NCBI RefSeq assembly: GCF_937876535.1
Contig: NZ_CALFHZ010000014.1
Span: 1,343 to 65,342 of the forward strand
Source: an uncultured Thiothrix sp.
GTDB taxonomy: Bacteria; Pseudomonadota; Gammaproteobacteria; Thiotrichales; Thiotrichaceae
DNA: 64,000 nucleotides
Direction: 5' to 3'
A program made the translations under genes and the position numbers. Every line of letters begins with the position of its first letter. The stretch's first letter is position 1. Positions 30,847 through 40,510 of the stretch are shown piece by piece. The notes beneath the pieces are model-generated. The model made no database searches and was not told the origin of the DNA. It was given only the letters and a program-made list of their open reading frames with translations.

Positions 30847-31274
30847 GCTTTCCCATCCTGTAAAGCCGCCCAGCGCGAAATCAACACTTCTACTTTGCGT
30901 AAGAGGCCGTTGTAAAAAAGAATCGCAGGAATTGCCACCAATAAGCCTGCCGCTGTTGCTTTTAAAGCCATCGCTAAGCCTAACATGATGGTATTCACAT
31001 CAATCTTGCCACCCTGCCCCATATCATTGAAAGTCACTAAGATGCCAAGGACAGTACCCAAGAGACCAATATAAGGAGCATTCGAACCGACGCTAGAAAT
31101 CGTGGTGAGATTACGGGTCAATGCTATTTTGAGTAATTCTAAATGCTCAAATGTCGTTAAGTTGACCCGCCAATAGTACAAATACCGCTCAACTGCCAAG
31201 GCAATCATCACAAAGCTCATGAACCCCAAGGTTCCCAATACCAGCTGATCTAGATGCAGCTTCAGAAAATCCAT
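30843..31274 (-). CDS. exbB: MotA/TolQ/ExbB proton-channel protein (short form)
   Basis: Contains the conserved APYIGLLGTVLGI and ALKATAAGL segments. I prefer the ATG at 31274 to the TTG at 31280. Confidence 0.85.
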   Translation of the reverse strand: MDFLKLHLDQLVLGTLGFMSFVMIALAVERYLYYWRVNLTTFEHLELLKIALTRNLTTISSVGSNAPYIGLLGTVLGILVTFNDMGQGGKIDVNTIMLGLAMALKATAAGLLVAIPAILFYNGLLRKVEVLISRWAALQDGKA

Positions 31275-31377
31275 ACCCAAGGTAATATCCTATAAATAAC
31301 TGATTTATTAAGATTAAAACCTGCCGTTGGCTATGAAATTAACTGGATTCAATGGCTAGGGGCAGTAGCGAAGTTAA

Positions 31378-31448
31378 GAAAATGATAATTATTCTTATTT
31401 TTGATTGCAAGCGCTTGACAGCCTTAATTGAGAATGATTATCGTATGC
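31378..31448. promoter_or_regulatory. Two Fur-box-like sites in the divergent exbB/receptor promoter region, plus a TTGACA -35 at 31415-31420
   Basis: GAAAATGATAATTATTCTT (31378-31396) matches about 15 of 19 positions of GATAATGATAATCATTATC. GAGAATGATTATCGTATGC (31430-31448) matches about 12 of 19 and overlaps the presumed -10. Confidence 0.6.
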
Positions 31449-31531
31449 ACCCTTAATGCATCGTATAGCCAGATTAGCCACGGATGCCCAACATTTACCC
31501 TAATGCTTGTGTATTCTTGAAGGAGAATCTG

Positions 31532-33853
31532 GTGAGCCAGCTCAAACAACCTCTTACCCTCAGAAGCTCGACTAAGCCTTTAGCCGATAGTATGTTAACT
31601 AGTTCAGCGCTCTTAATGCTGGCTTTACCTTATCTTGCTCAGGCTGATAGCACTAGCAGCACAACAGAGGCTCAAGCAATTACTTCGTTAGAAGGGGTTT
31701 CTGTTGCAGGGCAAAAAGTGGAAAAAGGTTCCAATCCCAATGCAGCTAAAGATGCACCCTACAAGATTAATAAATCGGCTAATAATAAATTCACCGAGCC
31801 GCTCTTGAATGTGTCTAAAACGATTACCGTAGTAGGTAAGGAACAGTTAGAAGATGCCAATACCACTGCTTTACGCGACCTTATGCGCACTCAACCCGGG
31901 ATTACCTTAGGTACAGGTGAAGGCGGTAATGCACAAGGTGACCGTTTTATTATTCGCGGCTTTGATGCACGCGGTGATATGTTTGTAGATGGAATGCGTG
32001 ATCCGGGTGTCACCACTCGTGAAGTATTCGCCACCGAACAGGTTGAAATCGCCAAAGGTCCAAGCTCTACCTTTGCAGGACGAGGAACTACAGGTGGTGC
32101 AGTCAATAGCGTTTCAAAGAAACCCCAAGCTACTAACTTCACTAAAGCAGGCATCACCTTAGGTGATGATCAACGGATAACCTTAGATGCTAATCGTGCG
32201 CTCAATGAAAAACTAAATGTTCGGGCTAACTTAATGGCTCAAGACTCCGCTGTGGCTGGACGTGATGAAGTGTTTGACCAGCGTTACGGTGCAGCTTTAG
32301 CCGCTGATTACCAAGTCAATGACCAAGTAGCTGTTTTAGTAGACTATTACCATTTACGTACTGATGGTATGCCGGATCGCGGAATTCCTTGGGATACCTA
32401 TACTAACCAACCCGCTAAAGTTGATCGCAATAATTTCTATGGGATTGTAGGACGTGATTTCCAAGAAACCAGCGCTGATGTATTCACTGGGACGGTGGAC
32501 GCCAAACTTTCTGAAAATACGAGCCTTAATAGTAAAACCCGTGCAGGCAAAACAACCAATGATTATGTCGTCTCGACTCCATCCAACTGGACAGCTCGGG
32601 ATGCTACCGCTCCAGCCCCCTTAACTGGCTCTAGCACGATGACGAATCGCGCATCAACTGCGGGCTTCACCAATAAATTTATTGGCAACACCACACAGAT
32701 CACTCACGAATTCCATACAGGTGACGTGGAGCACAACCTAGCAGCAGGCTTTGAAATCAGCCAAGAAAAAGTCACTAATCAGGGTTATGTGCTCAATACT
32801 TATGATGCAAACACTAACCCCAATGGGGTACCAGCACCGAACTTAAATGTGCTCAATCCTGACAATCATGCGACTGCCCCAGGGATTAAAGGCCGTAGTG
32901 AGAGCACCTCAAAAGTTAAAGCGGATGTACAGTCTTTCTATGTCATGGATACCGCTAAGCTAACGAAAAAGTGGGAAGTCTTCGGGGGCTTGCGCCATGA
33001 TACTTTCAAAATTAAACGTCAAGCCCGCGAAGGCACTTATGACCGCAATAGTGACTCACAAGATAACACCAGCTTTGTGAATGGTCATGCTGGTATTGTC
33101 TATAAGCCTGCGGAAAATGGCAGCATTTATGCGTCGATTAGCACCTCGTCTAATTTACCGGGTGAAATGTTTGATGCAGGTGGGGTGGATTACGGTGGCA
33201 TCACTCCAGCCTCAGCAGCTTTGAAAAAACCAGAAAAAAATCAGAGCTTAGAATTTGGCACTAAATGGGATTTAGTCAATGGCAATTTAGGTCTGAGCGC
33301 AGCTACGTTCCAAACCACTAAGAAAAATAAAATTGAGGTCACCGGCTCACGTGAAAGCCAAGTGATTAGCCAAACCGGTGCGGTTAAATTGCGCGGTGTG
33401 GAGTTCGGTGTCTCTGGAAATGTGCATCCTAAGCTAAGCGTGTCGGGTGGAGCGGTCTTCATGAATACCAAAATTACCGACTCGGCTGATCCGAATGCGA
33501 TTGGTAAAGACTTAGCGAATGTGGCAGAGAAAAGTGCCAGTCTTCAAGCTAAATACCAAGCAACCCCCCAATTATCTTTTGGCGGTAGTGTGATTCATAC
33601 CGGAGAAATTAAAGGGGGTACTTTTGCTGCAACTGCAGTGAACGCCTACACCGGTGAAGGTTTAAAACTGCAGGCTAGCAACCGCTTAGATTTGATGGCT
33701 GAATACAAAATCAATAAGCAGCTTACCGCTCAATTAAATGTCAAAAATGCAACGGATAAGACTATTTATGAAGCACTCTACCGCAGCAGCTCACCGTTTG
33801 TGTATGTCGCCCCCGGACGCACTACCAATGTGAGTTTAACTTACGACTTCTGA
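31532..33853 (+). CDS. TonB-dependent siderophore receptor
   Basis: Plug-domain motifs are present (ITVVG, LRDLMRTQPGITLG, RGFDARGDMFVDG) and the beta-barrel ends in ...SLTYDF. I chose the GTG at 31532 because AAGGAGA lies 4 nt upstream; the ORF-track start is 31484. Confidence 0.9.
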   Translation: MSQLKQPLTLRSSTKPLADSMLTSSALLMLALPYLAQADSTSSTTEAQAITSLEGVSVAGQKVEKGSNPNAAKDAPYKINKSANNKFTEPLLNVSKTITVVGKEQLEDANTTALRDLMRTQPGITLGTGEGGNAQGDRFIIRGFDARGDMFVDGMRDPGVTTREVFATEQVEIAKGPSSTFAGRGTTGGAVNSVSKKPQATNFTKAGITLGDDQRITLDANRALNEKLNVRANLMAQDSAVAGRDEVFDQRYGAALAADYQVNDQVAVLVDYYHLRTDGMPDRGIPWDTYTNQPAKVDRNNFYGIVGRDFQETSADVFTGTVDAKLSENTSLNSKTRAGKTTNDYVVSTPSNWTARDATAPAPLTGSSTMTNRASTAGFTNKFIGNTTQITHEFHTGDVEHNLAAGFEISQEKVTNQGYVLNTYDANTNPNGVPAPNLNVLNPDNHATAPGIKGRSESTSKVKADVQSFYVMDTAKLTKKWEVFGGLRHDTFKIKRQAREGTYDRNSDSQDNTSFVNGHAGIVYKPAENGSIYASISTSSNLPGEMFDAGGVDYGGITPASAALKKPEKNQSLEFGTKWDLVNGNLGLSAATFQTTKKNKIEVTGSRESQVISQTGAVKLRGVEFGVSGNVHPKLSVSGGAVFMNTKITDSADPNAIGKDLANVAEKSASLQAKYQATPQLSFGGSVIHTGEIKGGTFAATAVNAYTGEGLKLQASNRLDLMAEYKINKQLTAQLNVKNATDKTIYEALYRSSSPFVYVAPGRTTNVSLTYDF

Positions 33854-33932
33854 AGGCTTCTTCCCATTCCATCGAAGGTGCTCTGCCCTGCCACTTGGTG
33901 GGGTCGAGTTCTAGCATGAGGACAACAAGGCA

Positions 33933-34616
33933 ATGCTGATTTGTATACCCAAGGTTCTTAGTAAGGCTCAAGTTACTGCTTGCCGCGAGCGGATGGATGC
34001 AGTTGAATGGGTTGACGGAAAAATTACTGCAGGCGAGCAATCTGCAGCGGTGAAATGCAATAGTCAGCTCCCTGAAAATTCACCCTTAGCTAATGAAATT
34101 GGCAATCTCATTCTGGATGCTTTGGCACAAACTCCGCAATTTATCTCCGCTGCGCTCCCTTTAAAGATTTTCCCACCCTTATTTAATCGTTATGAAAAGG
34201 GTGGGCAGTTTGGCCTACATGTCGACAACTCGATTCGCCATGTACCTAGAACGATTGTGCGGATTAGGACGGATCTTTCTTGCACGCTTTTCTTGAGTGA
34301 ACCTGAAGAATACAGCGGTGGTGAATTAATTATTGAAGACAATTACGGCGCACAAGCAGTGAAGCTTGCAGCGGGTGATTTAGTACTCTACCCCTCGACC
34401 AGTTTACATCGAGTTGAAGCAGTGACGGCAGGGGCGCGAGTCTGCTCCTTTTTCTGGCTACAAAGCATGGTACGCGATGCTGGTGAACGTACCCTCCTCT
34501 ATGATCTTGATCAAAATATTCAAAACCTAGCCAGTTCATTTGGCTTGAATCATCCGCAAGTCGTACAGCTATCCAGTATTTATCACAATCTCATTCGCCG
34601 TTGGGCTGATGTGTAA
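33933..34616 (+). CDS. Fe(II)/2-oxoglutarate-dependent PKHD-type hydroxylase (PiuC/YbiX-like)
   Basis: 227 aa with the HVDN...H facial-triad pattern, downstream of a siderophore receptor as in piuA-piuC loci. Confidence 0.8.
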   Translation: MLICIPKVLSKAQVTACRERMDAVEWVDGKITAGEQSAAVKCNSQLPENSPLANEIGNLILDALAQTPQFISAALPLKIFPPLFNRYEKGGQFGLHVDNSIRHVPRTIVRIRTDLSCTLFLSEPEEYSGGELIIEDNYGAQAVKLAAGDLVLYPSTSLHRVEAVTAGARVCSFFWLQSMVRDAGERTLLYDLDQNIQNLASSFGLNHPQVVQLSSIYHNLIRRWADV

Positions 34617-34628
34617 AGGAAACTCAGT

Positions 34629-35642
34629 ATGTTAAAACGCTTTACTCTAAGCCTAATTAGCCTAGTCAGCCTGAATACCGCTGTGGCTAGTGAGACCGTA
34701 AATGTTTATTCCGCGCGCGAAGAACAACTAATTAAGCCGCTCTTAGATGCTTTTACTAAAGACACTGGGATTCAAGTCAATCTAATTACTGCTGATGATG
34801 ATCCTTTACTGGAGCGACTCAAGCGTGAGGGTGCAAACTCACCCGCTGATCTACTGATTACCGCGGATGCAGGACGGCTGTATCGGGCGACTGAGCAAGG
34901 CAGTTTACAAGCGATTCAATCCTCCAAGCTCCAGCAAGCCATCCCTGCTCATTTACGTGATCCTCAAAATCGCTGGTTTGGCTTAACTTATCGGGCGCGG
35001 GTGATTTTCTATAATAAAGCTACGGTCAATCCTCAAGAGCTGTCCAGCTATGAAAATCTCGCTGACCCCAAATGGACAGGACGCATTTGTGTGCGTTCCT
35101 CGACGAGCATTTATAATCAATCGCTACTCGCTTCAATGATTGCAAGTAAGGGGGCTGCTGCTACGGAAGCATGGGCAAAAAGCCTAGTCAGCAATTTGGC
35201 TAAACCGCCGAGTGGGGGCGATAGAGATCAAATCAAAGCAGTCGCTGCAGGTCAATGCGATCTAGCTTTAGCCAATACCTATTACTATGCACAGATGTTA
35301 TATGGGGGCGATGCGACTCAAAAAACAGCGGCTCAAAAAGTTGGTATTTTCTTCCCAAACCAGGGGGATCGCGGTACGCATATCAATATTAGCGGCGCAG
35401 GTGTAACGGCTTCAGCACCGAATAAAGCGAATGCGGTGAAACTTTTAGAATATATGGTTTTGGATGATGCCCAGCGCTGGTATTCGACTACGAATGGGGA
35501 ATATCCAGTGAAAATGAATATTCCAGCGGCGGATCAACTTCAAGCTTGGGGAAAATTTAAAACGGATGCTTTGAATCTCAGTTTACTAGGGCGTTATAAC
35601 CAAGCAGCTCTAATCATGATGGACAAAGTCGGTTGGAAATAA
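34629..35642 (+). CDS. Fe(3+) ABC-transporter substrate-binding protein (FbpA/AfuA-like), orphan
   Basis: It has a signal peptide and VNVYSAREEQLIKPLLDAFTKDTGIQV, typical of ferric-binding proteins. No permease or ATPase gene follows. Confidence 0.8.
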   Translation: MLKRFTLSLISLVSLNTAVASETVNVYSAREEQLIKPLLDAFTKDTGIQVNLITADDDPLLERLKREGANSPADLLITADAGRLYRATEQGSLQAIQSSKLQQAIPAHLRDPQNRWFGLTYRARVIFYNKATVNPQELSSYENLADPKWTGRICVRSSTSIYNQSLLASMIASKGAAATEAWAKSLVSNLAKPPSGGDRDQIKAVAAGQCDLALANTYYYAQMLYGGDATQKTAAQKVGIFFPNQGDRGTHINISGAGVTASAPNKANAVKLLEYMVLDDAQRWYSTTNGEYPVKMNIPAADQLQAWGKFKTDALNLSLLGRYNQAALIMMDKVGWK

Positions 35643-35643
35643 C

Positions 35644-35985
35644 TTACAAATCCAGCATTAACTTCAACGGTTTGCGCATGCCAGCCACTTTACAGGCTTG
35701 CTGCGCATAACCGCGAGGGAAGAGTGTATATAAATATTTGCGGGTGGCTTTTTCCACACCCCATTGTTCTTTCATAAACTTCAAAACTTTACGTGCTTCT
35801 GGCACACTCGCATGCTGCTCAAAGTACTCACGCACAAACCAAACCACTTCACGCTGCTCACCGACTAATTCAAACTCTGCTTCTAAGGCTAAAGCTTGCG
35901 CCAGTTCTTCCGACCAATCTTCAGGGTTGAGCAGATAACCTTCATTATCGCGAGGAATTAAGCTTTGTATAGTGTTGGGCTGCAT
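35644..35985 (-). CDS. DsrC/TusE-family protein lacking the penultimate C-terminal cysteine
   Basis: YLYTLFPRGYAQQACKVAGMRKP aligns with the DsrC/TusE C-terminus, but the protein ends ...LKLMLDL rather than ...P.(G/K)C(V/I). Confidence 0.75.
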   Translation of the reverse strand: MQPNTIQSLIPRDNEGYLLNPEDWSEELAQALALEAEFELVGEQREVVWFVREYFEQHASVPEARKVLKFMKEQWGVEKATRKYLYTLFPRGYAQQACKVAGMRKPLKLMLDL

Positions 35986-36463
35986 GATCGACTCCTATCA
36001 CACTTATTTGCCTCCAGCATACTGAGCTATGGATATAAGCTATATGCTCCTAAAGAGATAGATTCAAGTTGGTTTTAGATTGATTGCATCAAAAGTGCTG
36101 AACTTGCTCAGCACTTTTAGAGAGAAGTTTTTGCTATTTAAACAGTTAACTTTAGAAGCCGCTTCTAAATATTTCAGAGTTGAGCCCACTTTAAAAAGAA
36201 GTTTACTTAAAAAATCTGTAACTTTACTCTGAAGTTCAGATTCATCTTAAGATTTTACTTGAGATAATATTAGGGAGCTGACACTCTAACCTACATCTAA
36301 ATCATAAGTTAATTTTATAGTTTAAGTTAGAATTAGAGTCAATTAAAACTAAATATACGGTCAATCCCTAGCAAAAATAAGTTTTCTTTAGTGGCTGTAA
36401 GCATCAACTCTTCTGTTACTAAACCAGAAAGATCTGAACTTGACCCCAAGCTCTGAACGTACT

Positions 36464-36479
36464 TGGCCTAATTTTTGCT
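36464..36479 (+). promoter_or_regulatory. Sigma54 (-24/-12) promoter upstream of nasT
   Basis: TGGCCTAATTTTTGCT has GG and GC at the exact consensus spacing of TGGCAC-N5-TTGCW, 38 nt upstream of the nasT ATG. Confidence 0.6.
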
Positions 36480-36516
36480 TGAGATTCAACTTGAACTGGT
36501 AATGAGACTACTTTGA

Positions 36517-37104
36517 ATGTACAAACTCATGCTCGTTGATAGCGATGCCGAACGCGCCACGAGTTTAGAACAGGCGCTACAAACGGCGGGCTATCAGCAG
36601 ATTATTCGTCTTGCCACCAGCCAACATTTATTGGCAGCAGTACGCACCCATCAGCCCGATATTATCCTGATTGACATGCAAAGCCCCGATCGTGACACGC
36701 TGGAATCCTTAAATAACGTCAATCGCGAAACGCCTAAACCTATCGTGTTTTTTGCTCAGCAAAGTGACTTAGAAACCACGCGTGCGGCGATTAATGCAGG
36801 TGTCAGTGCTTACATTGTCGATGATTTGCCAAGTAAACGCCTGCAGTCGGTGTTGGAAGTGGCGATTGCGCGTTTCCAAGAACATCAAAAACTTAAAAAT
36901 GAGCTGGAAGAGTACAAAACTCGCCTATCGGATCGCAAAGATGTGGATAAAGCCAAAGGCATTCTCATGCAGCATCGGCAATTAAGCGAGGAAGAGGCTT
37001 ATCAATTACTGCGTAAAATGGCGATGGATCGCAATATGAAAATCGGTGAAGCTGCGCGCAATTTCATTGCCGCAATGGCGTTACTGGGAGGGAGTTTGCC
37101 ATGA
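36517..37104 (+). CDS. nasT: ANTAR-domain response regulator NasT (nitrate-responsive antiterminator)
   Basis: A REC domain is followed by a C-terminal ANTAR domain (DRKDVDKAKGILM...EEEAYQLLRKMAMDRN). It overlaps nasS by 4 nt. Confidence 0.9.
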   Translation: MYKLMLVDSDAERATSLEQALQTAGYQQIIRLATSQHLLAAVRTHQPDIILIDMQSPDRDTLESLNNVNRETPKPIVFFAQQSDLETTRAAINAGVSAYIVDDLPSKRLQSVLEVAIARFQEHQKLKNELEEYKTRLSDRKDVDKAKGILMQHRQLSEEEAYQLLRKMAMDRNMKIGEAARNFIAAMALLGGSLP

Positions 37105-38264
37105 AAACCGCTCTACGCATTGGCTTTTTACCTCTCACCGATTGCGCTATTTTAATTGCTGCTCAAGAACGTGGTTTTTTTGAAAAGCAAGGTTTGCAAG
37201 TTGAGCTACAGCGTGAAGTGTCGTGGGCGAATATTCGGGATCGCGTGGCATTTGGAGAATTAGACGCGGCGCACATGCTCGCCCCCATGCCGTTGGCAGC
37301 GACTTTGGGTATTGATGGTTTAGGTATCCCCATGCAAACCGCCGTCAGTTTGGGCTTGAATGGTAGTGCGATTACCCTCTCTAATAACTTGATGGCTAGC
37401 ATCCACAAGCAGTTTCCTGAGTATTTACAGAGTACTCCGCTACGTGCCACCGGCTTAAAAGCACTACAAACTCAAACCTTAAAACGGCGCTTGGTCTTGG
37501 GTTGTGTCTATCCGTTTTCGCAGCATTATTATTTATTACGTGCGTGGTTGCAGGATGGCGGTTTTGATTTAGCTACTGAAATTGATATTCGCATTATGCC
37601 GCCTTCGCATATGGTACAAGCTTTGGAGGCGGGACACATTGACGGGTTTTGTGCGGGCGAGCCGTGGAATCAAATCGCGGTGCAAACTGGGATGGGCTGT
37701 GTGGCGGCGACTAGTTATGACCTGATCCACAATGGCCCTGATAAAGTATTGGGGGTGACTAATACGTGGGCGGCGGCGCATCCTGACACGCATTTAGCTT
37801 TGGTGAGTGCTGTATTAGAAGCGGCGATTTGGCTGGATGATGCACGTAATCGCCTATTATTTGCCGAGACCTTGGCGAAACCACAGTATCTCGATGTCCC
37901 CCTTTTGAGTCTGTGTGCACCATTACAAGGATATTATCGCTATGCGCTGGAGGAGCCGGAGCGTTATGTGCCGGATTTTCATGTGTTTGCGCGTTATGCG
38001 GCGAATGTGCCTTGGCAGTCACATGGCGAGTATTTTTTGCAATGTATGCAGGCGGCGGGACAATGGCACGTACCGATTGAGCAAGCGCGTGAGGCTTTAG
38101 CGCCAGTGTATCGGGTGGATTTATATCGCGAGGCCGCGCAGAGTTTGGGCTTGGCTTATCCGCTTAAAGATGCTTTGCCTGCGGGTGAATACAACGCGCC
38201 TTGGGTGTTGCAGGAAGCCAGCCAAAAGATAGCCATGGGGGCGCTTACTCAAGTCTTAAAGTAG
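37101..38264 (+). CDS. nasS: NrtA-like nitrate/nitrite sensor NasS
   Basis: 387 aa with no signal peptide and an NrtA/SsuA-type fold signature (LRIGFLPLTDCA). It is paired with nasT. Confidence 0.85.
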   Translation: MKTALRIGFLPLTDCAILIAAQERGFFEKQGLQVELQREVSWANIRDRVAFGELDAAHMLAPMPLAATLGIDGLGIPMQTAVSLGLNGSAITLSNNLMASIHKQFPEYLQSTPLRATGLKALQTQTLKRRLVLGCVYPFSQHYYLLRAWLQDGGFDLATEIDIRIMPPSHMVQALEAGHIDGFCAGEPWNQIAVQTGMGCVAATSYDLIHNGPDKVLGVTNTWAAAHPDTHLALVSAVLEAAIWLDDARNRLLFAETLAKPQYLDVPLLSLCAPLQGYYRYALEEPERYVPDFHVFARYAANVPWQSHGEYFLQCMQAAGQWHVPIEQAREALAPVYRVDLYREAAQSLGLAYPLKDALPAGEYNAPWVLQEASQKIAMGALTQVLK

Positions 38265-38301
38265 TGCACCTGCCCTATTCAGCAGATGCACCTGAAACTA
38301 G

Positions 38302-39018
38302 TTAGATGGGGCAACCTTTGCTACGTAATAAGGCATCAAAACGCCCTTTCGGTAAGGTGCCATCCGCGATTTGCGTCATAATGGTTTTTTCCCGATCTAA
38401 TAAATGGCGGCATTGCACTAATAGTTTGTCTAAATTACTAGGGCATACCGCGACCACGCCATCCGCATCGCCAATAATCAAGTCACCCGGATTCACCACC
38501 AAACCTGCACACGCCACAGGCACATTAATCTCGCCGGTCGCATCGGTACTAGGGCCACGATGTACGCAGGCTAACGCATAAACCGGTAAACCACCTTGCG
38601 CCCAATCTTCGCGGTCACGAATCGCGCCATTAATGACCATGCCCGCTAATCCAGTTTTCATGGCCATCGCACGCATAATCCCACCCACAATCGCACGACT
38701 GGTATCGCCACCGCCATCCACTACCAACACATCATTGGGGCGCGCCATTTCCAAGGCTTTGAGGAGCATGAGATTATCGCCCGGACGCACGCGCACGGTG
38801 ACTGCGGTTCCGCACATATGCTTGAAACCATGATAAGGCTTCACGCCCAACGCCCCCACATTACGCCCCAAGCAATCGCTCACAATGGAGGACGGCACAT
38901 TATCGAAATCTTGCAAATAACGATCGGCAATGGGTTCAGGCATAGGGTTGATTAAATAGCCGGTCGGCCAAATGGAGTTGGAATCAATTTCAAACATTTT
39001 TACTTCTCTAACGGTCAT
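38302..39018 (-). CDS. RraA-family protein (RraA / HMG-CHA aldolase-like)
   Basis: Family motifs are VLVVDGGG, AIVGG and NGAIRD. The start is uncertain (39018 or 38997). Confidence 0.75.
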   Translation of the reverse strand: MTVREVKMFEIDSNSIWPTGYLINPMPEPIADRYLQDFDNVPSSIVSDCLGRNVGALGVKPYHGFKHMCGTAVTVRVRPGDNLMLLKALEMARPNDVLVVDGGGDTSRAIVGGIMRAMAMKTGLAGMVINGAIRDREDWAQGGLPVYALACVHRGPSTDATGEINVPVACAGLVVNPGDLIIGDADGVVAVCPSNLDKLLVQCRHLLDREKTIMTQIADGTLPKGRFDALLRSKGCPI

Positions 39019-39336
39019 TCAACTGTGGTGGTGTTCATACGATTCGATAGAACTACGAATCTTTATGGGCTAATCATAACGGTCAATGACTAGCACTTTC
39101 TTTGCATCTGACTGAACTATTTTCAATATTTAACGGTGCAAGTCCTATAGTAGCGAGATTTGCAGTCTACCGTAAGCAATGAACGCAATTATTAAGGGAA
39201 ATGCACGACTGAGTTGCGTTGGATATAGCATGAGATGGGCGATTAACGTATTTTCAAGCGCTTTGGTTTGATTACTAAAAAATCTTGAAGCGCTGTGAGC
39301 AATGTATACAGTTCAAAGCCTTGCTATAATCAACCT

Positions 39337-40059
39337 ATGGACAATACGCTAATCAGTACCCTGCCCGCTGCTTCGCTACAAAGCGTTATCGCTTATTATT
39401 GGCTGGGTTATCAGAATACCGATTCCCACTACACGATCTGGCCAGATAGCAGTGTGGATATTGTATTGGAATTGGGTCATGCCCCCCCGCAAATCACCGC
39501 CTTTGGTACGACTAATCGTAAAACCGAATTGAGCCTCACGCTGGGCAACCACTATTTAGGTATTCGTTTTAAGCCGGGGAAAATTCATTATTTATTAGAT
39601 TTACCTGCGCATGAACTTACCAATCAGCAACCAGCGATACAGGATTTAGTTGAACTTGATCTAGCCTTGATTGCTGAAGCTATCGAAAACCAAACTGTTT
39701 TTCAGACCCTTAATCAATGTTTAGCTAAGTCCTGCTCACATCACTCTGCACTTAATGCGCTTGATGCAGCGATTGTTAAGATAGAAACCTGCTTTGGTGC
39801 GTGCTCCATCAACACCGTTGCCGCAGAGGTAAATAAGAGCCTGCGTCAGTTTGAACGCCAATTCCAACAGTATGTTGGCTTATCCGCTAAACAATTTGCA
39901 GCTATCACCCGCTTTCGGCGGGCGGCTCAGTTAATCCAGCAAGGCCGCTTATCGCTAGCAGAAATCGCAGCAGAACTTCATTACAGCGACCAAAGCCATT
40001 TGCATCATGAGTTTAAGCGTTTTACTGGTTTAACACCGACCCAATTTCACCTGAATTAA
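39337..40059 (+). CDS. AraC-family transcriptional regulator
   Basis: The C-terminal HTH is AAELHYSDQSHLHHEFKRFTGLTPTQF. The start is uncertain (GTG at 39295 or ATG at 39337). Confidence 0.8.
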   Translation: MDNTLISTLPAASLQSVIAYYWLGYQNTDSHYTIWPDSSVDIVLELGHAPPQITAFGTTNRKTELSLTLGNHYLGIRFKPGKIHYLLDLPAHELTNQQPAIQDLVELDLALIAEAIENQTVFQTLNQCLAKSCSHHSALNALDAAIVKIETCFGACSINTVAAEVNKSLRQFERQFQQYVGLSAKQFAAITRFRRAAQLIQQGRLSLAEIAAELHYSDQSHLHHEFKRFTGLTPTQFHLN

Positions 40060-40135
40060 GTCGTTTTTTTACAATACGACCCACCCTACTGACGCCCATA
40101 ATAAAGGCTCAAACCCATCCTTTCAGGAGTTAGCC

Positions 40136-40510
40136 ATGAAATTCTGGACCGGTGTCATCACTGATAAAGTGCAAGAATCAAAAAGTTTTTATGTAGACTT
40201 ATTTGGCTGTGAAATCTTATATGAAGACGAGGGGGGCTGGTTTGTACTCTTGGGTTTAGCTGAGAGTGAGTTAGGTTTTATGCAACCAGAACTGACTACT
40301 CAAGCCCCGATTTTTCGTGCCGCCTTTCAGGGGCAAGGCATGTGGATTGCCATTGATGTAGTAGATGCAGAGGCTGAATATGCCCGCCTAACAGCATTAG
40401 GTGCGCCGATTGAAGTGGCATTGCGCGAAGAGCCTTGGGGCGATCGTCATTTTGTCCTACGCGACCCGAATGGGATTGGGGTTGATGTAGTGCAGCGGGT
40501 TGCTGCTTAA
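40136..40510 (+). CDS. VOC (glyoxalase/bleomycin-resistance) family protein
   Basis: 124 aa with a single paired beta-alpha-beta-beta-beta module pattern and PWGDRHFVLRDPNG. Confidence 0.75.
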   Translation: MKFWTGVITDKVQESKSFYVDLFGCEILYEDEGGWFVLLGLAESELGFMQPELTTQAPIFRAAFQGQGMWIAIDVVDAEAEYARLTALGAPIEVALREEPWGDRHFVLRDPNGIGVDVVQRVAA

